NCBI GenBank assembly: GCA_046290225.1
Contig: JBKAGE010000075.1
Coordinates: forward strand, 64,001-128,000
From: Bradymonadia bacterium
Lineage (GTDB): Bacteria; Myxococcota_A; Bradymonadia; UBA7976; UBA1532
Direction: 5' to 3'
Length of the DNA stretch: 64,000 nt
Position numbers and translations under genes: made by a program. How positions within the stretch are numbered: position 1 is the stretch's first letter; every line of letters begins with the position of its first letter. A model generated the notes under the pieces. That model was not told the origin of the DNA, did not search any database, and saw only the letters and a list, made by a program, of their open reading frames with translations. Of this stretch, positions 20,551 to 29,820 are shown piece after piece.

Positions 20551-22758
20551 ATGGTGAGAGCAGCGGCGTCGTGGATCGCGCTGTGGTGCGGATTTTTCTT
20601 CACCTCGGCCGTGGCCTCGGCCCAGCCCCTCGTGGTGGTGGATCCCGGTCACGGCGGGCGTGATCCAGGCGCCGTGGGGTGTGGCCTGCAAGAGGCCGAC
20701 GTGGTGCTCGATCTCTCCCTCCGCTTCTCGGAAGCCTTGAGGGCCCGGGGGGCTGCGACGGCCCTCACCCGAGAAGACGACCGCTTCATCGAGTTGAGAT
20801 CCCGGGCCGCTTTTGCCAACGAGCGCGGCGCTGAAGCCTTTGTGAGCGTGCACGCCAACGCCAACGAGGGTCAGCCAGCCACGGGCTCGGAGACCTATGT
20901 GTCCTTCGGCGCTGGTGCCGCGGCACGAACTCTGGCGCAGGCTGTTCAAAACGCTCTGCTGCAGACGTGGGGACTTCGAGATCGAGGGGTGAAGCAGGCG
21001 AACTTCTCGGTGCTGGTGAACACGGCTATGCCCGCGGCCCTGTTGGAGCTGGGCTTCATCAACCGGTGTGACATCGACGCGACCCTGCTTGCCGATGCCC
21101 AAGCGCGACAACGTATGGCAGAGGCCCTCGCTGACGCCGTGGCTGTCGAGGTCGGGGCGATCCCGCAGGAGGCCGAGCCTGGCGGGCTTGTGGGGGTGGT
21201 TTTCGAAGACAGAGGGGCCGGCCTCGCTGATCCCTCAGTGCGGGTGCATGGGGCCACTGTGCGGGTGGTCGAGACGGGCGACATGAGCGCCGCCGATGGC
21301 GCAGAAGCCATCTGGCGCTTCGATGTTGCCCCAGGGGCCTACACCGTGGAGGCCCGGGCCCCAGGCTTTGAAGTCGCTCAGAGGCGCTGTGACGTGAGAG
21401 CCGGCCAGCGGGTGTGGTGCTCTGTGGGCATGATGCGGGCCCAGGAGGGCGCTGAAGACGCCGGGGTGCCCCCCGATATGTCTCTCGCAGACGCAGAGGT
21501 GTCAGACATGGGCGTCGAAGAGCCCGTGCCTGTAGACATGGGCCTCGAGCAGATCGACGCAGAGACGCCAGAGGTGACAGACATGGGGGCAGAGATGCCA
21601 GATGCTGTCGCGCCTGAAGATGCGGAAGTCAGCGAAGTCGATGGTGGGGCGATCAGCGATGCTCAGATGCAGATGCCTGCGCCTGATGATGAGGGGGTGC
21701 CTGCAGATATGTACCCCGAGCCACAACCTGATGATGGCGGCCCCACGAACCCGTTCCACTCAGACGGCGGGCTCGTAGGAGCTGATGGCGGCAGCCTCGG
21801 GGCCCTGACGCCGGGCTCAGTGACGCGAAAATCCACCACAAGCAGCGGGTGCGGCGTCGGGCAGCGGGCGGGCACCATGGGCTGGCTGTGGGTGCTGGTG
21901 GTGTGCATGGGCTTCTTCATGAGCCGGCGGTCTGCAGAGGGCCACACCCCAGACGCACCTTCAGAGGGCACCACGGCGGTGGGTCAGGAGGTCGCTGAGC
22001 CCTGGGCTCGCCTCGGCAAGCCCGAGCCCCTCGTCGCCGGCGCCTTCGACCACCCGCTGCTCTCACCTGATGGCGCCCATGTGGCGCTCTCCGGGCCTGG
22101 AGGACGCGGGCTCTCAGTCATGGCCAATACACCGGGCGCACCTGTGCGCGTGCTCTCCACCACACCGGGGGCTGGGATACGGCCGGAGTGGTCGCCCGAT
22201 GGTGGCGTTCTCGGGTGGAGATCACCCGAGCAACCCGTCGGCGCTGTGCCCATGCTGGGCCAGCGGGTCGTCGATGGTGAGGCTGTCGTACCGCATAAGA
22301 TCTCCGCGGGTCATGTCTGGGTAGAGGGGGACGCGATCTTCTGGCGGGGGGCGTCAGGCCCTGTCCAGGTGAGCCCCGCCGATCTGAGCGATCGGTTCTT
22401 CGGGCCGCAAATCGCTCCGGATGGCGCCCACGTGGTCTTCTCGGGGTTGCGGACGGGCCTCTTCATCTATCGCGTGGTGGACGGCACGCTCATGGCCCTG
22501 GGATCGGGGGCGCATCCCACCTTCGGCCCCACAGGGCGCTACCTGCTCTTTGAGCGCACCACGGATGAAGGCGCCACCCTCACCGGGGGCGATCTCTTCA
22601 TCACAGATCTACAGGGTGCGTTCCTGCCGACGATCCCGCTCACCCACACCGACGATCGCATCGAGCTGTCACCGACGATGGCGGGCGGGTGGGTGGTCTA
22701 CGTCGCCGACGGCGTGGTCTACCGGGCCCCCATCCGCTTCACCGCACAAACCCCTTGA
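20551..22758 (+). CDS. N-acetylmuramoyl-L-alanine amidase with beta-sandwich, acidic linker, internal MYXO-CTERM-like segment and TolB-like propeller
   Basis: Signal peptide; VVVDPGHGGRDPGA, FVSVHAN, PAALLELGFI; SSGCGVG...WLWVLVVCMGFFMSRR; PLLSPDG, PEWSPDG, PQIAPDG repeats. Confidence 0.85.
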   Translation: MVRAAASWIALWCGFFFTSAVASAQPLVVVDPGHGGRDPGAVGCGLQEADVVLDLSLRFSEALRARGAATALTREDDRFIELRSRAAFANERGAEAFVSVHANANEGQPATGSETYVSFGAGAAARTLAQAVQNALLQTWGLRDRGVKQANFSVLVNTAMPAALLELGFINRCDIDATLLADAQARQRMAEALADAVAVEVGAIPQEAEPGGLVGVVFEDRGAGLADPSVRVHGATVRVVETGDMSAADGAEAIWRFDVAPGAYTVEARAPGFEVAQRRCDVRAGQRVWCSVGMMRAQEGAEDAGVPPDMSLADAEVSDMGVEEPVPVDMGLEQIDAETPEVTDMGAEMPDAVAPEDAEVSEVDGGAISDAQMQMPAPDDEGVPADMYPEPQPDDGGPTNPFHSDGGLVGADGGSLGALTPGSVTRKSTTSSGCGVGQRAGTMGWLWVLVVCMGFFMSRRSAEGHTPDAPSEGTTAVGQEVAEPWARLGKPEPLVAGAFDHPLLSPDGAHVALSGPGGRGLSVMANTPGAPVRVLSTTPGAGIRPEWSPDGGVLGWRSPEQPVGAVPMLGQRVVDGEAVVPHKISAGHVWVEGDAIFWRGASGPVQVSPADLSDRFFGPQIAPDGAHVVFSGLRTGLFIYRVVDGTLMALGSGAHPTFGPTGRYLLFERTTDEGATLTGGDLFITDLQGAFLPTIPLTHTDDRIELSPTMAGGWVVYVADGVVYRAPIRFTAQTP

Positions 22759-22893
22759 CCCTCGGCTCTTCTGGGGGCATTCTTCCGCGCCGCCTGTCTC
22801 GTGATGTCTCTACTCCGGGACCGCTCACCGCAACAGCCGTCAGATGGCGGTGTTGCAGAGAAGACAGCGCACTCAAACTGGAAGGAGTCCCCC

Positions 22894-23568
22894 ATGAAGG
22901 GCATTCTCGGCCGCAAGATCGGCATGACCTCGATTTTCCGCGAAGATGGCACCCAGGTCCCCGTGACCGTGCTCGACGTCACCGGCAACACCGTCGTGGG
23001 CAAGCGCACCCAGGAGACCGACGGCTACACCGCCGTGACCCTCGGCTTCGGCGAGCAGCGCATCAGCCGCATGAACAAGCCCCGCCGCGGCTTCTTCGAG
23101 AAGGCCGGCCTCGTGGAGGAGCGTGACGGCAAGCAGTACGCCAAGCGTCACATCCAGGAGTTCCGCGTCTCCGGTGAAGAGCTCGACGGCTTCGAGACCG
23201 GCAACGGCATCAAGGCCTCCGACGTGTTCATGGAGAACGAGCGGGTCGACGTGACCGGCACCTCCAAGGGTAAGGGCTTCTCCGGTGTCATGAAGCGTCA
23301 CAACTTCAAGGGCACCAAGGCCAGCCACGGTGTGCACGAGTACTTCCGTCACGGTGGTTCGATCGGTATGTGCGCCTGGCCTGCCCGCGTCTTCAAGAAC
23401 AAGAAGATGCCCGGTCAGTACGGCAACGAGCGCTCCACCGTGCAGAACGTGCAGGTCATCGAGATCATGGAAGAGGAAGGCCTCATGCTCATCAAGGGCG
23501 GCCTCCCCGGTGCCAACGGCGCCATCGTCCGCATCCAGCACGCCGCCAAGGGCCGCAAGACTCGTTAA
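22894..23568 (+). CDS. rplC: 50S ribosomal protein L3
   Basis: AAGGAG RBS; MKGILGRKIGMT, VDVTGTSKGKGFSGVMKRH, KKMPGQYG. Confidence 0.97.
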   Translation: MKGILGRKIGMTSIFREDGTQVPVTVLDVTGNTVVGKRTQETDGYTAVTLGFGEQRISRMNKPRRGFFEKAGLVEERDGKQYAKRHIQEFRVSGEELDGFETGNGIKASDVFMENERVDVTGTSKGKGFSGVMKRHNFKGTKASHGVHEYFRHGGSIGMCAWPARVFKNKKMPGQYGNERSTVQNVQVIEIMEEEGLMLIKGGLPGANGAIVRIQHAAKGRKTR

Positions 23569-23585
23569 TTTTGCTCCGGCGCTCC

Positions 23586-23725
23586 GGCTCTGTGGCCCGC
23601 ACTCAGGGCGGCGATTTGGCGCACATCTGCGGCGCTTCCGTCCTCGACGATGCCATGGCATCGCCTGCGGGTGAATCACCACAGCTGCACACCAACTCAC
23701 CACCCTGAGCACGAGCCCCAGAGCC
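23586..23725 (-). repeat. Long imperfect hairpin repeat, copy 1 (core ccgtcctcgacgatgcNNtggcatcgcctgcgggtg)
   Basis: 49-nt arms 23586-23634 and 23677-23725; core shared with 63035-63070. Confidence 0.8.
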
Positions 23726-23953
23726 TCCACACCTCCGCGGGGCACGTGCACGACACTTCTCTGACTTATATGACGGCAGTGTTGGGGCCCTCGTTCTTCT
23801 GGCCTTCGGTTACGACTACGCGTTCTTCACGACGTCTGCACCAAGGCTCATGAACCTCACGACGGCTGTACTACTGCGTGAACACGCTTCGCTGCCCAAT
23901 ACACCCCAGGCCCGACGCGCCTGAACACTCATCCCAGAATTCAGGACTGTACG

Positions 23954-24001
23954 ACTCGTGCCCGTGCCCGTGCCCGAAACTCTCTCGCGAGCGACAGCGA
24001 G
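23954..24001. repeat. Solo arm of the (GTGCCC)n repeat family
   Basis: actc(gtgccc)3gaaactctctcgcgagcgacagcgag matches 12260-12321; abuts the dapF stop codon. Confidence 0.8.
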
Positions 24002-24844
24002 TCAGCCATCCTTCCCCCAACACCCGCTGAACACGTACTCCGCAGGCCCGGTCATCCAGACCGGGTACAGCCCCGCCTCTGACTCCACCTCGATCACCAA
24101 GTCTCCCCCCGGCTGTCGAAGCGTCAGCGTGCCCGAGGTGCGCTCCTCTGCGATCAGCTGAGCTACGGCACCCGCGCAAGCACCCGTGCCGCAGGCCCCC
24201 GTGAGCCCGCTCCCGCGCTCCCAGACCACAAAGGGCTGCGGATCGAGATCCCGCGCTCCGAGGAAGCCCACGTTCGTGCGGTGGGGGAACGCCTCGTGTA
24301 CCTCGAGCCCCGGACCGTGCGTGCAGGCCAGATCGGTCAGATCGCCTTCACCGAAGGCCATAGACCACTCAGAAGTCGTCATCACAAAGTGAGGGTTGCC
24401 CACGCTCAACCGCCGACCGGAGATCGAGCGCCCTGCGTGCTCGATCGTCAGGGCACCATGATCGGTTACGGCGCCCATCTGCACCCGCACCCGGCGATCA
24501 GCTGCAGGATGAATCGTGAGCACCCCGGCGCCGGTCTCCACTGCGGTGGGTGCCTCCTCGACGCCGCCCAGATCCCACGCATAACGCGCCACGCACCGCA
24601 GCCCGTTTCCGCACATTTCTGACACAGAGCCGTCGGCATTGAACACTTTCATGCCGATGGGGGAAACGTCAGAGTTTTCAGGTGTGTAGACGAGCAGCAC
24701 GCCGTCGGCACCCACCCCTGTGGCCCGATTACATATCCGGCGAGTCGTTTCTTGGTTCAAGGTCTGCGTATCGAATGCCGACCCAAGACGTGCATCGACA
24801 ATTACGAAGTCGTTGCCCAGGCCATGGTACTTCACGAAATCCAT
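24002..24844 (-). CDS. dapF: Diaminopimelate epimerase
   Basis: FVKYHGLGNDF, GVGADG, NADGSVSEMCGNG, GNPH, WERGSGLTGACGTGA. Confidence 0.95.
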   Translation of the reverse strand: MDFVKYHGLGNDFVIVDARLGSAFDTQTLNQETTRRICNRATGVGADGVLLVYTPENSDVSPIGMKVFNADGSVSEMCGNGLRCVARYAWDLGGVEEAPTAVETGAGVLTIHPAADRRVRVQMGAVTDHGALTIEHAGRSISGRRLSVGNPHFVMTTSEWSMAFGEGDLTDLACTHGPGLEVHEAFPHRTNVGFLGARDLDPQPFVVWERGSGLTGACGTGACAGAVAQLIAEERTSGTLTLRQPGGDLVIEVESEAGLYPVWMTGPAEYVFSGCWGKDG

Positions 24845-24906
24845 GGCCCGAACACTAGCCGAGGGCGCCTCGAAATGGCCAGCTCTCGACCATGTTGAGG
24901 GAGCAG

Positions 24907-25902
24907 ATGGCGCTTGACCCCATGGCACTCGACCGGCCGATCATCGGCGCTGATCCCGCCATCCGTCGGGTATTCAAGCTGATCGACAAGGTGGCCCCCA
25001 CCGACAGCACCGTGCTGGTCCTCGGTGAGAGCGGGACTGGTAAAGAGCTCGTGGCCCGGGCGATTCACCACGCCAGCGATCGACACAAGAAGCCGCTGAT
25101 CCCGGTGAACTGTGGAGCGATCCCCGCCAATTTGCTCGAGAGCGAGCTCTTCGGCCACGTGAAGGGGGCCTTCACCGGCGCCTCCGGCAGCCGCCAGGGG
25201 CGCTTCGAACTCGCCCACGGGGGCACCATCTTCCTCGACGAGGTCGGTGAGATGGAGCCGCAGCTGCAGGTGAAGTTGCTGCGCGTGTTGCAGGAGCGCT
25301 GCTTCGAGCCTGTGGGCGGCAGCCGCAGCATCGAGGTGGACGTGCGGGTCATCGCCGCCACCAATCGCGAGCTCGAAGAAGAGGTCGCCGCAGGGCGCTT
25401 CCGCGAAGATTTGTACTACCGACTCAACGTCGTACCCGTGGAGCTGCCGGCGCTGCGAGAGCGTCAGCAGGACATCCCCGTGTTGATCCATCACTTCAAC
25501 GATCGCCTCGCGCAGAAGCGCGGTCGCTGTGTAGAGGGCTTCAGCGACGACGCCATGCGTCGGCTGACGGCCTACCCCTGGCCCGGCAACGTCCGGGAGC
25601 TGGAGAACATCGTCGAGCGACTCTCGGTGTTCTGCCAGGACGAGGTGGTCCAACTCGACGACCTGCCCAGCAAGATCTTGAACCGCGCCCGCAAGCAAGA
25701 TGGCTTCTGCCTCGACCTGCCCGACGAAGGCCTCGACCTCAAGGGCATGCTCACCGACATCGAAGATCATCTGATCCGACAGGCCCTGGAGCGCACCGCC
25801 TGGAACAAGAACCAGGCGGCGAGTCTGCTCGGGCTCAACCGGACCACCCTGGTGGAGAAGCTGAAGAAGCGCGGCATGCTCTCCCCAGGGGATGCTGCCT
25901 GA
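24907..25902 (+). CDS. Sigma54-dependent activator (FleQ/FlrA-like) with no N-terminal regulatory domain
   Basis: [48 protein letters not shown]; the AAA+ domain begins about 10 aa after the start. Confidence 0.9.
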   Translation: MALDPMALDRPIIGADPAIRRVFKLIDKVAPTDSTVLVLGESGTGKELVARAIHHASDRHKKPLIPVNCGAIPANLLESELFGHVKGAFTGASGSRQGRFELAHGGTIFLDEVGEMEPQLQVKLLRVLQERCFEPVGGSRSIEVDVRVIAATNRELEEEVAAGRFREDLYYRLNVVPVELPALRERQQDIPVLIHHFNDRLAQKRGRCVEGFSDDAMRRLTAYPWPGNVRELENIVERLSVFCQDEVVQLDDLPSKILNRARKQDGFCLDLPDEGLDLKGMLTDIEDHLIRQALERTAWNKNQAASLLGLNRTTLVEKLKKRGMLSPGDAA

Positions 25903-25904
25903 TC

Positions 25905-28397
25905 GTGGCCACTTCGGGGCCGCAGCAGGGTCCCATCTGGCGATCGAGCCTGTGGGTGTTGCTCGCGGTGTGTCTTCTGCCCGCGGCGTCGCACGGCCAG
26001 GGGCTCACCCGACCCGTCGACATCTTCGAAGCGCCCTTGCGCGACTACCGACGCCTCGAGCTGGTGGTCCCCGCAGACTTCCAATCCACGTGTACGCCGA
26101 ACCTGCCCCCTGACGCCCTGCGTCCGCTGGGCCCCAACCCGGTGTGTGCCATCACGGGGGCGCCCAGAGGGCTGTACCGGTTGTTGGGCCCGCTCCACGA
26201 CGGCCTGCTCGCCGAGGTCTCCATGGGCAAGGCCGATGGCAAGGACACGGTGACCTTCACCCTCACCGCTGAAGATCTCATCTTCCGATCCGCGGTCTTC
26301 GATCTGCCCCGACGATGGGTCATCGAGATCGGCCGCCCCACCACCATGAGCGCCACCATCGAGGATGAGCTGCCGTTTCGGCCGTATCCGATGAAGATGG
26401 GGGAGTTCAACCCGCCGCTCCCAGTGAGTCAGATCTCGGGGCTGGACGAAGAGGAAGACACCCTGGGCGAAGCGTTCAATGCCTGCCTCGACGAGTGGCG
26501 TCAGGGCAGGGTGGTGAAGGCTATGCGCATGTGCGAAGCCCTCATTGCCAGATGGCCTGTGAAACGCGCCCCCGTCGAAGCCGTGCATCGCGCGTGGCGG
26601 GTGGTGGCCGAGGCGCGATATCGCTTGTCCCTGAGGGGGCGTGGCAAGGAGGAGGCGCTGCTCAAGGCGTTGCTGCAGGCCGAGGCCAGCCACGACGATC
26701 CTCAGGCGTCGTTTCGCTATGTGGCCATGGCCATCCGGTTCATGGCCAACCGCACCCCGGGCAAAGCCACCAAGTGGCTCAGGGAGCGGGAGAAGAAGTA
26801 CATGAAGACCGCCGCAGAGCCTGACTTTCGAGCCTCTCGCGCGGGGTTGTTCATTCAGAACGACGAGTTCGACAAGGCGCTGCCCGTTCTCGAAGAAGCA
26901 GGCAGGGCCTCCTTCGACGATCCCCATCGTCGTCGTTTTGTAGGGTACGCCAAGCTGTCTCTCGCGGCGCTGGCCTACGAGTCCCGACGGTATGGCAAGA
27001 GCCTGATGATTTATGAGCGCCTCTCCAAGGACTGGCCGGGGCTGCTCATGGAAGACGCAGCCTCGATCTTTCGTTTCGCTGAGCTGCTCAATCAGGTGGG
27101 GCGTCACGACCAGGCCCGCAGGCTTTACGAGGCCTTCCTGGAGCACACGCCGGAGGCCCATCCGTTCTTCATGGTGCGGGTGAGGCTCGCGCAGATGATC
27201 GGCCTCACCGACATCGAGGCTTCAGAGGAGGCCCTCAACGCGCTGAAGACCACCCTGCCGGGCACCCAGGCCCAGAACCTGGCCTTGTTGCACCAGAGCC
27301 GGCTGACCAACAGGCCCGAGTGGCGGAAGCGGATTCTGCGTAGGGTGAGTCGCACGGCACAGACGGACTATATCCGTGGGGCCGTACTCGTGGAGCAGGC
27401 GCGCCAGGCCATCAAGGAAGGGGATCTGCGGCAGCACTATGAGGTGCTCAAGACCCTGCGTAAGCAGATCCCCGAAGAGCCCACGCTGTTGAGTGCACCG
27501 TATATGTGGCCTCGAGCGGTGTACCTGCTGCTGACCAACTATATCTACCATGACCGCCCGTTGGCAGCTCTGAGCCTCTTCTATTCGGAGCGCAAGGTCA
27601 TCGAAGGCCACCCTCAACGGGCGGAGCTTCACCTCAGGGTGGGGCAGGCGCTCCGGGGCCTTGGTGCTCTGGAAGAAGCCCTCGTGGTCTTGCAGGGCGG
27701 GCTGAGCCCTGACAGCGAGATCGCCGAGAAAGATGCCGTGGCGCGGATCTACCTCGAGATGGCTGGGGTGCTGCGCGACTCTGGCGATCAGTTCCGCACG
27801 GCCCGAGCCCTCGACTACCTCGATCGCAGCTACCCCAACCGCTTTGACAACTTCGAGTACTGGATGTCCCAGGGCACTCGGGCTCGGTGGGAGGGCCGGC
27901 TGGAGGAAGCCAGAGACATCTTCCGCTATGCCATCAACGGCCCGGTCTCCGTGAAGGAGCGCACGGATCTCACCGAGGCGCTGGCTGAGGTCTACGAAGA
28001 GATGGAGGCCTGGGCCCTCGCCGTGAGAGCCTGGGACGCCGTGGCCGCGTTCCACGACGAGGGGCAAGGTAAAAAGGCGGACCCACGCCGCCGAGGTGCC
28101 CGATGGCGGGTGGCAGAGATCGAGTTCGAGCAGGGTGAATGGCTCAGCGCCGTCGCCGCCCTCGATCGCTTCGTACAGGAGTACCCCACCGATTATGCCG
28201 TGCAGGAGGCCCGCTTCCTCATGGCGAAGTCCCTGATGAAGATCGGGAGCACCCGCTCCGCTGTGGAGGTCCTCGACGGGTTGAGCCGTCAGCGGCCACA
28301 GGGACCCTACAACCGCATGGCCCAGCAAGAGCTCGACTTGCTGGCGTGGTCCAAAGGCTCACGGGGCGACATCTTGAAGGCCGCCGGCCTCGACTGA
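25905..28397 (+). CDS. Exported TPR protein associated with the flagellar cluster
   Basis: Signal peptide; N-terminal beta region ending AVFDLPRRWVIEIG; TPR helices ending FVQEYP...EARFLMAKSL. Confidence 0.8.
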   Translation: MATSGPQQGPIWRSSLWVLLAVCLLPAASHGQGLTRPVDIFEAPLRDYRRLELVVPADFQSTCTPNLPPDALRPLGPNPVCAITGAPRGLYRLLGPLHDGLLAEVSMGKADGKDTVTFTLTAEDLIFRSAVFDLPRRWVIEIGRPTTMSATIEDELPFRPYPMKMGEFNPPLPVSQISGLDEEEDTLGEAFNACLDEWRQGRVVKAMRMCEALIARWPVKRAPVEAVHRAWRVVAEARYRLSLRGRGKEEALLKALLQAEASHDDPQASFRYVAMAIRFMANRTPGKATKWLREREKKYMKTAAEPDFRASRAGLFIQNDEFDKALPVLEEAGRASFDDPHRRRFVGYAKLSLAALAYESRRYGKSLMIYERLSKDWPGLLMEDAASIFRFAELLNQVGRHDQARRLYEAFLEHTPEAHPFFMVRVRLAQMIGLTDIEASEEALNALKTTLPGTQAQNLALLHQSRLTNRPEWRKRILRRVSRTAQTDYIRGAVLVEQARQAIKEGDLRQHYEVLKTLRKQIPEEPTLLSAPYMWPRAVYLLLTNYIYHDRPLAALSLFYSERKVIEGHPQRAELHLRVGQALRGLGALEEALVVLQGGLSPDSEIAEKDAVARIYLEMAGVLRDSGDQFRTARALDYLDRSYPNRFDNFEYWMSQGTRARWEGRLEEARDIFRYAINGPVSVKERTDLTEALAEVYEEMEAWALAVRAWDAVAAFHDEGQGKKADPRRRGARWRVAEIEFEQGEWLSAVAALDRFVQEYPTDYAVQEARFLMAKSLMKIGSTRSAVEVLDGLSRQRPQGPYNRMAQQELDLLAWSKGSRGDILKAAGLD

Positions 28398-28417
28398 CGC
28401 TTCCCTGACACGCCCAT

Positions 28418-28431
28418 GTCAACGCCCTGAC
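28418..28431. promoter_or_regulatory. Candidate upstream activator site GTCA-N6-TGAC
   Basis: gtca-acgccc-tgac about 55 bp upstream of the sigma54 -24 box; more TGAC half-sites nearby. Confidence 0.4.
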
Positions 28432-28484
28432 GATCCTCTGACGACATCGACGGTTTCTGGCGCTTCTTCAGGCGAACACAGGGC

Positions 28485-28500
28485 TGGCACGGTCCATGCT
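28485..28500 (+). promoter_or_regulatory. Sigma54 -24/-12 promoter of the flgB operon
   Basis: TGGCAC-ggtcc-ATGCT with exact GG-N10-GC spacing. Confidence 0.75.
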
Positions 28501-28574
28501 CCTTACGCGAGGCAGGGCCCCTGGCGCTCGCTGCGAAGGTGCAGCGCGTCGCTCGAGGCGAGAGGAGACCGCGT

Positions 28575-28988
28575 ATGACCATCTTGTTCGACAACCTGGA
28601 TCGCACTCTCGAGGCCCACCTCGACTACCGCCTCGAGAACCAGAACCTCATCGCCGGGAACATCGCCAACGTCGACACCCCGGGATACACCCCCGTCACT
28701 CTGAAGTTCGAGCGACAGCTCAACGAGGTGCTTCAGGGCGAGACTCCACCGGAGTACGCCGGAGGCGCCACGGCCGGGTCGAAGATGTCCTGGCGAGGCC
28801 CGGCTTATCCCAGAGCAGACGTGGAGTTCGATCCTCGCGTGCTCCCCGACGCCGACGGCAACAGCGTCGATCTCGACCACGAGATGGCCAAGCTCGCGGA
28901 AAACACCCTGATCTATCAGGCGGTCACCAAGGCCTACACCCGTCGGGCCGCCATGATGAAGTACGCGATTCTGGAGGGTAACGGCTGA
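28575..28988 (+). CDS. flgB: Flagellar basal body rod protein FlgB
   Basis: GAGGAG RBS; IAGNIANVDTPGY, DGNSVDLDHEM. Confidence 0.95.
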   Translation: MTILFDNLDRTLEAHLDYRLENQNLIAGNIANVDTPGYTPVTLKFERQLNEVLQGETPPEYAGGATAGSKMSWRGPAYPRADVEFDPRVLPDADGNSVDLDHEMAKLAENTLIYQAVTKAYTRRAAMMKYAILEGNG

Positions 28989-29425
28989 TGGACTTCTTCT
29001 CTGCCATGCGCATCAGCGCCTCGGGCCTGACGGCCCAGCGCACTCGGATGAACGTCACCGCGAGCAACCTCGCCAACGTGGACACCACGGCCCCCAATGG
29101 CGAGCTCGGTTACAAGCGCCGCTCGCCGGTGATGAGCGCCGTGCCCCTCAGTCAGGCCTTCGGTGAAGTGCTCGGGGATCAGATTCACGAGCAGACCCAC
29201 ACCGTCGAGGTCTCGGAGATCGCCGAGCTGGACGTCGAGCGCCTCGAATACCAGCCTGACCACCCCCACGCAGACGAGCAGGGCTATGTGCACAAGCCCG
29301 ACATCAGCGTGATCCAGGAGATGGTGAACATGGTGACCTCGTCGAGAGGGTACGAGGCCAACGTCACCGCCATCCAGACCATCAAGAACATGGCCAATCA
29401 GGCCCTCACCATCGGGGAACGGTGA
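28988..29425 (+). CDS. flgC: Flagellar basal body rod protein FlgC
   Basis: ISASGLTAQRTRMNV, PDHPHAD, SRGYEANV. Confidence 0.96.
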   Translation: MDFFSAMRISASGLTAQRTRMNVTASNLANVDTTAPNGELGYKRRSPVMSAVPLSQAFGEVLGDQIHEQTHTVEVSEIAELDVERLEYQPDHPHADEQGYVHKPDISVIQEMVNMVTSSRGYEANVTAIQTIKNMANQALTIGER

Positions 29426-29808
29426 TGTCGGGCCTGATGTTCCCAGATATGCGGGGTGTGGGCGCCGCGGTGAGCGGTGTCGCCGGCGCCCGCGTCAACA
29501 GCGGGGTGAACGGCGCGCTGAACAACGTCGTCGGCGCGCGCTTCAACGGTGGTGTGGGCCCCGCCTCCATCAACCCCGGGAGCACCGGCAAGCCCTTCGC
29601 CGAGTTCCTCTCGGAGCAGATCGACACGGTGAACCAGGCACAGATCGACGCCGACACTGCCGTGGCCGCCGTGGCCACCGGAAAGAGCAAGAACCTGCAC
29701 GAGATGATGATCGCCCTCGAGAAGGCCGACATCAGCCTCAAGGCCCTCACCAAAGTGCGCAGCAAGGTGATCGAGGCCTACCAGGAAGTCATGCGGATGA
29801 ACCTCTAG
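29422..29808 (+). CDS. fliE: Flagellar hook-basal body protein FliE
   Basis: LHEMMIALEKADISL...VRSKVIEAYQEVMRM. Confidence 0.93.
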   Translation: MMSGLMFPDMRGVGAAVSGVAGARVNSGVNGALNNVVGARFNGGVGPASINPGSTGKPFAEFLSEQIDTVNQAQIDADTAVAAVATGKSKNLHEMMIALEKADISLKALTKVRSKVIEAYQEVMRMNL

Positions 29809-29820
29809 GCCTGGTTGTAG

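Noticed and set aside
23586..23725. Integron attC site
   Set aside because: No RYYYAAC/GTTRRRY boxes, no cassette array and no integrase in the window.
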